Shown here: one piece after another, positions 6,913 through 14,700 of the stretch
Layout: each line of letters starts with the position of its first letter
Numbering within the stretch: the first letter of the stretch is position 1
Origin: an uncultured virus (IMG/VR IMGVR_UViG_3300048009_000750)
Taxonomy: Duplodnaviria > Heunggongvirae > Uroviricota > Caudoviricetes
Reading direction: 5' to 3' (one strand)
Length of the DNA: 20,000 nt
IMG/VR virus record: IMGVR_UViG_3300048009_000750
Program-made: the position numbers and the translations under genes
Notes under the pieces: generated by a model
The model's input: the letters and a program-made list of their open reading frames with translations, nothing else
Told to the model about the DNA's origin: nothing
Databases searched by the model: none

Positions 6913-9900
6913 GTTCTATAATTTGAAGTATATCGCCAGTAAAAATTGCCATCTTTTCTTGAATAAGATCTACTATTGTTAATTCGCCATCTAGCAATTT
7001 TTTCCAATTATCTTCTACTAACTTAACATTAGTTTCTAATGTTTCCGCAGATTCTTTTATACCAGTTCCGTTTATAGATATATTGCCAACATCTTCAATT
7101 TCAAATGATATATTTAAATGTGCTGTTTCAATTAAAAAATTGTTGAGTTCGATAATATATAAGGAAATATCTGTTTGGATACCAGCTTCAATATTTTTAC
7201 GTAAGTCTGCAAAAAAATGCTGAGCAAGATCAGCATCGCCTTCGATTACTATAGTGCCTGCTTTATACAAAGCCAATGTATCGGCTTCTCCAGCAAGAGC
7301 TTTTAGTGCAGTTTTTAAATCAACAATTATTTCAGCATCAGCATAGGCTTTACTTATTCTTACACCTTTACTATCAAAATAAATATCTCCTACATTTTCA
7401 ATCACAAACTTGACCGTACCTGATTTATATCTATAATTTTTTCCTAATTTTTTTTCTATTTGTTGAAAAATTGATTTTGTAATAGGATTAAATCTAAGCA
7501 TTGCTTGTTCTTCTGATTCGTCTAAAAAATTTAAATCATACTCTTTTACATTGGGATCAAATGTATTTTTAAATTTATCGTTTAGCCACTTAAAATCATT
7601 AATTTTTCTTAGTGCATCCTTGTTGTTTTTAAATGCTAAACCGTACTTTGCTCCTTCATACGCTCCAGCAATAGTTTCTAGCCCAAAAGGGTTGTCTGCT
7701 CCTCTTGAACACCAGGCTTTTAATCTAAAGGTAGTTTCATCTTCGACTTGTCTATCTATAGCTTTACTTGCAAGTTTTACACACTCTCTAAATCCACTTC
7801 GCCACGCACTAAAGGCATCAGTGTTAAATGCAGTAACATTGCTCATTCTGTTTACACCTTTGAAGTTTTTACTAATACTTGTAGTCATATCAGCAGTTTC
7901 TACATCCATATTCAAAGTAAGTTCAGTTGGTAAAAGTTTTACACCTCCATATCCGTAAATTAAATTATTTACAGGATTTAAGCTTCGCCATACAAAAACT
8001 GTTTTATAACCATCTATATCGTAGTGTGCAATTTGATGATCAAACTCAAAATCTTCTAGTACTTCTGCATCTCCGTCAACAACCCAAAACATTTTTGTGT
8101 CAACTAATTTTGCAGCAGCAATATGAGCTTGGTGAATACCTTTAACCTTATCTACACGCTTTGCATTAGGATATTCTAGTAATAATTTATTGTAATTTTT
8201 ATCAGCATTTATTTCGCCATTACTAATAAACACTACTTCAAATGAATCTGGAATACTAGCAACTTCTTTATATTCTTTCTTTACTGCAAAAAATCTATAA
8301 TCAATTTCGTGCTTTGTGAGCATAATAGATTTTGTAGTCAATGCTACTCCGTCGTAAAAATTTCCATTTTTCCATACGTGATTAATTTTTCTTTCGTATT
8401 GATTATGATGTGAAATATAAACATCAAAGTCAAAAGTATCCAAAATTTCTATGTCGTTATAAACAATATAAAATAAATCTGTTTTTGATTGATCTCTTGC
8501 TCGTAAATAATCATCATAACTTGAAATAATAAACTTTTCGTATTTTTTTGGATTACTTGCTACTATTTTATGTTCTTTTTTATTGACATAAAAACGTGCT
8601 TCAACTTCTTTTTCTGTACAAATAGATTTTTTACTAAAAAGAACAATACCGTCATAAAATTCTTTATTTAAAAAAACGTGATTTATTTCTCTATCAAATT
8701 TATTATGATGACTAAAATATAAATCAAAATCAAAATCTTCACACACATCTACATCAGAAGGTACTCCCCAAAACATATCTGATTTTGTTTCTTTTAGTGC
8801 ATTTAGATAATCGTTATAATTATTAATAACAAATTTTTCATATGCACGTGGATTACTTACAACGATATTGTGTTCTTTTTTATTTGTATAAAATCTGTGC
8901 TCAACTTCTTTTTCAGTTACAGAATTACTTTTGCTGTACAAAGCAACTCCGTCAAAGTTTTCTCCATTTAAAAATAAATGTGTAGTTCCAGTATCAAGTT
9001 CATCTAAATCATAAAAATATTCATTTATATCAAAATCATTTAATATCACATCGCTTGGCACACCTAAAAACATCTGTGTTTCGGTTTTATCTAATGCATT
9101 TAAATAATCTTTATAATTGTTGATAACAAAAACATTAAAAGGTTTTGATTTACTAACAATCGTATCGTGTTCTATTCTATCAGCAATAAATCTATATTCG
9201 ATTTCTTTATTTGTAACAATACTATTCTTACTAAACAAAACCAATCCGTTGTATTTGTTATTGTTAAGCCAGACGTGATTTTTGTTTTTTAAAGATTGAT
9301 TATGATGATCAATATAAAAATTAAAAATATTATTATCAGTAATTTCTATATCGTCTGGAACACCCCAAAATAAATCTGTTTCAGAATTTTGCAGTGCATA
9401 TTCATATTCTTTGTAGCTGTTTATAGAAAACTTATTGTAAGGCTTAGGCGTACTTGCCATTATCCTTACTTCTTTTTTGTTAACATAAAATCTGTGTTCA
9501 AGTTCTTTGTCTGTGATTTTATAGTTTTTAGGAAACAAAGCAACGCCATCTAATGTATCTATATCTCCGTTACCAAAAACGTGTACATTATCGTGACTCC
9601 ACTCATCTGGTTTATAACTAAATTTAAATGTATCTCTAACATCAATATCTTCCCACACTACCCAAAACATACCTGTGTATGATTTAGCCTGTGCTTCATA
9701 CCAGTTCTCAACAGTTTGTAAATGTGGAACTTTTTGTGTAAGTTTATCAATATCTTCTTGATTGCTTCCTATGTAAAATGCATCAAATTTGTCGTTTCCT
9801 TTATATACATCGTATTCACCGCATATGTGTATATGTTGTCTTGGCTCAGTATCTACTTTTTTTGTTGGTACTAATCTAACTTTATCCCAAGATTTTACTT

Positions 9901-10180
9901 TTCTACTTTCTTTATATACATAAGGAAATTCGTGTATTTGTACTTCGTCAATTGCTCGTGGTTTGAACCACCAAGGAAAGCTATCATATACTCTTATATT
10001 TGTGTCTACAATCCAAACATAATCGCTATCAAAATTTGAAGCGGCTGCCAAAGCTTTATCTAAGTTGCAATAATCGTCCATTTTCAAAACTGGATATCTA
10101 TCAAATATTAAATTTTTTAATTGATCTTGACCGTTGTGTAACGGCTTAGAAAATTTTTCAAATCTATCTATTGCTCTCAT
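6869..10180 (-). CDS. Multidomain glycosyltransferase-like protein: 5-6 degenerate GT-A-like repeats, one GT-A-like domain (DGD) and two SCP2-like domains, 1103 aa
   Basis: Repeats of about 100 aa anchored on F[W/L/Y]xVxxD at aa ~172, 271, 371, 470 and 570. Domain aa ~647-872 has VVFIS, GIHQAHIAAA and MFWVVDGD. Two C-terminal SCP2-like units end in GTIVIEGDADLA and MAIFTGDILQI. ATGA overlap with the upstream GT2 gene. Confidence 0.75.
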   Translation of the reverse strand: MRAIDRFEKFSKPLHNGQDQLKNLIFDRYPVLKMDDYCNLDKALAAASNFDSDYVWIVDTNIRVYDSFPWWFKPRAIDEVQIHEFPYVYKESRKVKSWDKVRLVPTKKVDTEPRQHIHICGEYDVYKGNDKFDAFYIGSNQEDIDKLTQKVPHLQTVENWYEAQAKSYTGMFWVVWEDIDVRDTFKFSYKPDEWSHDNVHVFGNGDIDTLDGVALFPKNYKITDKELEHRFYVNKKEVRIMASTPKPYNKFSINSYKEYEYALQNSETDLFWGVPDDIEITDNNIFNFYIDHHNQSLKNKNHVWLNNNKYNGLVLFSKNSIVTNKEIEYRFIADRIEHDTIVSKSKPFNVFVINNYKDYLNALDKTETQMFLGVPSDVILNDFDINEYFYDLDELDTGTTHLFLNGENFDGVALYSKSNSVTEKEVEHRFYTNKKEHNIVVSNPRAYEKFVINNYNDYLNALKETKSDMFWGVPSDVDVCEDFDFDLYFSHHNKFDREINHVFLNKEFYDGIVLFSKKSICTEKEVEARFYVNKKEHKIVASNPKKYEKFIISSYDDYLRARDQSKTDLFYIVYNDIEILDTFDFDVYISHHNQYERKINHVWKNGNFYDGVALTTKSIMLTKHEIDYRFFAVKKEYKEVASIPDSFEVVFISNGEINADKNYNKLLLEYPNAKRVDKVKGIHQAHIAAAKLVDTKMFWVVDGDAEVLEDFEFDHQIAHYDIDGYKTVFVWRSLNPVNNLIYGYGGVKLLPTELTLNMDVETADMTTSISKNFKGVNRMSNVTAFNTDAFSAWRSGFRECVKLASKAIDRQVEDETTFRLKAWCSRGADNPFGLETIAGAYEGAKYGLAFKNNKDALRKINDFKWLNDKFKNTFDPNVKEYDLNFLDESEEQAMLRFNPITKSIFQQIEKKLGKNYRYKSGTVKFVIENVGDIYFDSKGVRISKAYADAEIIVDLKTALKALAGEADTLALYKAGTIVIEGDADLAQHFFADLRKNIEAGIQTDISLYIIELNNFLIETAHLNISFEIEDVGNISINGTGIKESAETLETNVKLVEDNWKKLLDGELTIVDLIQEKMAIFTGDILQIIELNQLFHYRKKHQLV
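8243..9790 (-). repeat. Five tandem ~300-nt (99-100 aa) intragenic repeats
   Basis: Recurring units [Y/F]xKFxIxxYxxYxxA...[M/L]FWGVPxD...NHV[F/W]xN...[F/Y]DG[V/I]xL.SK...TxKE[V/I]ExRF[Y/F]xxKKE...ASxP, visible in the translation. Confidence 0.9.
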
Positions 10181-10761
10181 AGTGTGTAAGCCTTTGTTCC
10201 TATATGCCCTAATTTTATATCAGAGTCTACCCAAACATCAATGCCGTGATGCATTGCTTGATTGCAAAAGTATATATCTTCGCCGCTGAACGTATCGTCT
10301 ATTTTATTATATTCGTGTACAAACCAAGGCTTAGGCAATGTATGAAAAACATCTATATCAATAAGCATACATCCCATTCCGACTGCCCAGATCTTATGCA
10401 GACCTTGTGTTGCGTCTAATCTTGCTGTAATATTTTCTGGATCGGTAAATGCAACACTTTGATAAATTGGGTACCTTGTGCTGTAGTTAGCCGCCACAAT
10501 ATCTTTGTTATGAGAATACAATTTATCTATCATATTTGATGGAAATTGTATATCACTGTCTAAGAATAATATTTTATCACTGTTTACAGATAGTGCTTCT
10601 TCAACAAGACGTGTACGTGATTCACAGATTACACTACCAGCAAATAGATGTAGTTCAAACTCTATTTGTTTGCGTGTAAGCCTATTAGTTAAATTAACTA
10701 AACTTTGAGTAAACAGTGTATGCACTTGATCTCTACAAGGCACACAGATACTTAATTTCAT
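10177..10761 (-). CDS. Glycosyltransferase family 2-like (GT-A fold), 194 aa
   Basis: KLSICVP first strand, ESRTRLV helix, ILFLDSD (DxD motif), GMGCMLI, SGEDIYFC (ED catalytic motif) and LGHIG. ATGA overlaps at both ends. Confidence 0.85.
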   Translation of the reverse strand: MKLSICVPCRDQVHTLFTQSLVNLTNRLTRKQIEFELHLFAGSVICESRTRLVEEALSVNSDKILFLDSDIQFPSNMIDKLYSHNKDIVAANYSTRYPIYQSVAFTDPENITARLDATQGLHKIWAVGMGCMLIDIDVFHTLPKPWFVHEYNKIDDTFSGEDIYFCNQAMHHGIDVWVDSDIKLGHIGTKAYTL

Positions 10762-11132
10762 AATGTGTTAGTCGGTATCAATTCTTCGTTCAAGTCTTTT
10801 TCAGCATCGATTGTTTTTTGATTTAATTTCCTTGCTGTGCTTGTTGCAACTTTTACTGCTTCTTGGAAATCATCACCTAATCCTGCCATTGCTAACATAT
10901 TTTCAGGTTGTACTTTACCTAATGTAAGTAAGTCTACACCAGCTGCTTTACCAAGCTTTTGGATCCAATGATGACGTTCGTCGTCTTGTGGAATATCAAG
11001 TTCGTCGATAGCAGCCGAAACCTTATCAGCTAATTTTTCATCTAACCCTAGTGTTGCACCTTTAGCAACTTTTCTTGTTTTTGTATATTCATCAGCTAGA
11101 TCAATATTCATTACTTCATATAATGTTTTCAT
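10758..11132 (-). CDS. Hypothetical, probably helical protein, 124 aa
   Basis: ATG at 11132 with AGGAG SD at 11142-11138. The track's start at 11171 overlaps the upstream small ORF. Stop overlaps the GT2 start (ATGA). Confidence 0.8.
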   Translation of the reverse strand: MKTLYEVMNIDLADEYTKTRKVAKGATLGLDEKLADKVSAAIDELDIPQDDERHHWIQKLGKAAGVDLLTLGKVQPENMLAMAGLGDDFQEAVKVATSTARKLNQKTIDAEKDLNEELIPTNTL

Positions 11133-11148
11133 AACTTCTCCTGTGTGT

Positions 11149-11319
11149 TTAAGGAAAGTAGTATCCGCCAAATGAACTACTCATAGAAATTGTAGTGCCA
11201 TTTGATATACCTATGTATGGACCTAAATCAGCACCTATGCTAATGTTGCTAGATGGCCCACTAAAGTAGTTGGATATCTGGCTCATTGTAATTGTGCTTC
11301 CCGTATTTGGTAGTGCCAT
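11149..11319 (-). CDS. Small 56-aa Ser/Gly-rich protein, similar to short fibre-associated proteins found after S74-containing tail fibres
   Basis: Too short for the ORF track. Manual translation: MALPNTGSTITMSQISNYFSGPSSNISIGADLGPYIGISNGTTISMSSSFGGYYFP*. AGGA SD upstream. It fills the gap between the promoter and the next gene's SD. Confidence 0.8.
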   Translation of the reverse strand: MALPNTGSTITMSQISNYFSGPSSNISIGADLGPYIGISNGTTISMSSSFGGYYFP

Positions 11320-11346
11320 ACTTGTTTCCTAGTTTGTTATCTTGCT

Positions 11347-11375
11347 ATAATAACATTATATTTAATTTTTGTCAA
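11347..11375 (-). promoter_or_regulatory. Sigma70-type promoter with extended -10, driving the glycosyltransferase operon
   Basis: Minus strand: TTGACA (11375-11370), 17-nt spacer ending in TGt, TATTAT (11352-11347). Same layout as the promoter at 1626-1654. Confidence 0.8.
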
Positions 11376-11404
11376 TAAAGTATCCAGATAAAACTGGATA
11401 CCTT
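11374..11404 (-). terminator. Stem-loop, probable rho-independent terminator of the tail fibre gene
   Basis: Minus strand: GTATCCAG-ttttat-CTGGATAC (perfect 8-bp stem, 11401-11380) followed by TTTATT, 7 nt after the fibre stop codon. Confidence 0.65.
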
Positions 11405-11408
11405 AATA

Positions 11409-11741
11409 TTATTTATCTAGTAGTTTTTGTACCATTTCTTTGAGTTCATCGATTTGAGTTTGCTGTTCTTTTATTGCTTCAATTAACACAGGAGTTAACT
11501 TTTCATAAGACACAGTATAATAATCATCAACTCCTTCGTTTTGAGATATAGGTGCTAGTTTTACTATTTCTGGTAATACTGCCTGTACTTCTTGGGCACT
11601 AACACCAATTTGCATTTTATCATTTGAGTATCCAAGTTCTTTGGCTTTATCATTTTCAGTGAAATAGTATCCATTTAGACTCATAATTTTGTCTAGTGCA
11701 TTTGGTATTGTACCTTGGAAATCTTTTAATCTTGCATCTGA
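11409..11741 (-). other. Peptidase S74 intramolecular chaperone domain of the fibre
   Basis: SDxRLK Ser-Lys dyad motif with the Ser codon at 11741-11739, then G..AQEV...PE.V and a terminal coiled coil. Confidence 0.9.
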
Positions 11742-14700
11742 GTAATATGCTGTAATTTCACCTGATGCGTCAATATTACCGTTTCTCCTTAATAATATCT
11801 TTTCGCCGCCAAAACTTCCTGAGCTATAATCTGACAAGGCAATAAAAGTAGCACTTCCATAAAAACGCCCTTGTAGTTTACCATTTGCATCTTCAAATCT
11901 CCATTGAAATGCGTTTGAAGTGCTAGAGCCCAATTGTAATGCTAAATCATCGTTAATTGTAAGTGTACCAGAAGTAAACGCATCACTAGCATTACTGCGC
12001 AAGAACTCTGTACTATCTAAGTTGTCTAGTGTACTTGCGTTTGTAGCAGTAACACCTGTTAGTCCACTACCATCACCTGTAAATGTAGCAGCGGTAATGT
12101 TACCTGATATGCTAATATCTCCTGCACCACTAATTGTTCCTGAGAAACTATCGTTAGCATCGCTGCGTAAGAAACTACCTGAACTTACACCATCTAGTGT
12201 ATCAGCATTTAGTCCACTACCAGCACCGTCATTACCACTGTGCCAAACTGTATATGTATTTGAACCTTCAATAAATTCAAGTCCGCTAGTTCCGCCATCT
12301 AAATTAATAGCAGTACTTCCGCCTTCGTTAGCAATATATACTCTATCGCCGCTATCAACATATTGCATATAAGCTCTACGTGTGCCAGCTTGATACCAAC
12401 TGATATATGGATTACCTGTTGAACTTGTGTCAGCCAGTCTGATCATTTCGTCACCTGCGTGACTCATAGTCAACAATCCTGCCATTGTATCAGCTTCGTC
12501 ACTACGTAACAAACTTGCTCCGTTAATACCATCTAATGTGTCTGCATCTACATTAGTAAGTCCACTACCATTACCAGTAAATGTACTTGTGCCAATATTA
12601 ATATTACCAAAGTTAGAAGTAATTTCACCTGCGTCTAATGCACCAGTGCCTGTTAAGTTACTATATGTTCCATCAATTCTAGTGTTTGGAACTGTACCAC
12701 TTGATAAGTTACTTGCATTTAATGATTGTATATTTGCACCGTTTGCTGTGTAAATTGCTCCGCCGTAAATATTTCCAGCAACACCAAGTCCGCCACTTAC
12801 ACGTAATGCTCCACTTGTTGTACTTGTAGCACTACTTGTATTCAATATTGTAACAATTGCATTAGCATTTACACTTATAGACGCACCATTATCTGCACTT
12901 AAACTGTCTAGTGCTATGTTTCCAACATTTGTTAGGTTATTATCATTAAAGTTTGTTGAACCTAAGCTTGCTGCACCAGTTGCTGTAATACTGTTTGTTC
13001 CAATATCAATATTACCAAAGCCACTTGAAATACTACCTGAAGCAAGTGTTCCTACTCCTGAAATATCTCCTTGGTGTTGAGTAACGCCGCTTGATTGTAT
13101 TCTTGCATCTGGTATTGTTCCAGTAGTTAACTGTGTTGCTGACAAAGTTGTAAGTCCGCTACCATTACCACTGAATGTGCTTGTACCAATATCAATGTTA
13201 CCAAATCCTGATGTAATACTACCACCATTTAAAATACCAGTTGCAGTAATATCTGTTTGGTGTTGTGTGATTGCACTAGATGGAACTCTTGCATCTGGTA
13301 TAGTGCCGCTTGTTAAATCATTAGCACTAGAATCACCAATAAAGTTATCTGCTTTAATGTCCTTAGCAACGTGTAAACCACCTGTAATTTTTACTGAAGC
13401 ACTACCAGTTGCAAAATCACCTGTTGCATTTGTAGCATCTGTAAATGTTACAAAGTTGTTTGCACTTAATGTTGTAAATCCACCAGCAGCTGGTGTAGTT
13501 TGTCCAATTGGCACATTGTCAATAGCACCAATAACCAAGTTGCCTGTAATTGTTAGATCTTGATCGATTGTTACATTATGTCTAAATGTACTTGTACCTG
13601 AAGTTTCACCAATTACAATTGCTGTAGCAGCTTGTCCAAACGCAATAGCAGTTGCATTATCTTTTAGTAAGTTAAATGTACCTGTTTCGTCTGTATCAAT
13701 TGTGTTACCATTTACTGCTAAATCACCTGCAACTACAACGTTAGCATTGTTCAAGTTCATTGTACCAGTGCTTGCACCCATATTAATAGTTGTAGCTGCA
13801 CCAAATGCATTGACTGTTGTTGCACCTGTATTTGCAAGACTAAATGTACCACCACTAACAGTAAGATCACTTAATCCACCAATACTCAAATTACCTAAAA
13901 CAGCTAATCCGTTGTTTACAGTAGTTGTACCCGATGTAGCACCTAATCCTAATGCTGTTGCTGCACCAAATGCATTAACGGTTGTTGCATTTGTGTTAAA
14001 TGCTGCAAAAGTTGCACTAGATGTGGTTACACTGTTTGTAAAGTTTGGATTGTTGTTGTACACCAAATTACCAGTACCTGTTTCGTCGCTTATCACACCT
14101 GCTAGTTGCGCACTAGTTGTTGATGCGAATTGACTTAATGGATTACCTGTTATCGATAATGTGCCACTTGTTGGTAAAGTAATATTTGTGTTATTTGTTG
14201 TAGTCAGTGTTAATGTATGCGCTCCACTGTGCGTAAGATTGCCGCCTAGTGTTATTGTTTTAGTGCCATTGTTTACACCAGTTCCGCCGTATGTTGGAGA
14301 AATTATTGTGCCTTGCCACACACCAGTACCAATTGTACCTAATGTTTGTAAACTACTGTTTACAACAGCACCACCTAGTGTTGTACTGCTAAGAACACTA
14401 GCATCGTTTATATAGTACTGTTTACCACTTGCTAAGTTAAAATCTTCAGTACTATCCCAACTTGTATTAGCATTATCCCAAAGTAGACTTGCATTTGCGC
14501 CATCAACAAGTATACCAGCTCCGTTGGCTGCTGACCCATCTGCTGCTCCGCTTGCTATTGTAATAGTTTTATCATCAACAGTTAATTCTGTCGAATTAAT
14601 AGTTGTCGTATCTCCGTTTACAGTAAGATCTCCGCTTACTACTAGGTCGTGTCCAATAGTAGTTGTGCCGCCGCCGTCACCGCCGGTACCTAAATTAATA

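Noticed and set aside
3702..8145. Short ORFs opposite gp14, gp15 and the repeat-GT gene
   Set aside because: Each is fully nested antisense to a well-supported gene and has no independent evidence.
8243..9790. Repeats as a CRISPR array or a diversity-generating retroelement TR/VR pair
   Set aside because: The repeats are in-frame, ~300 nt long and diverged at all base types. I saw no identical short repeats with spacers, no adenine-specific variant pair and no reverse transcriptase in the window.
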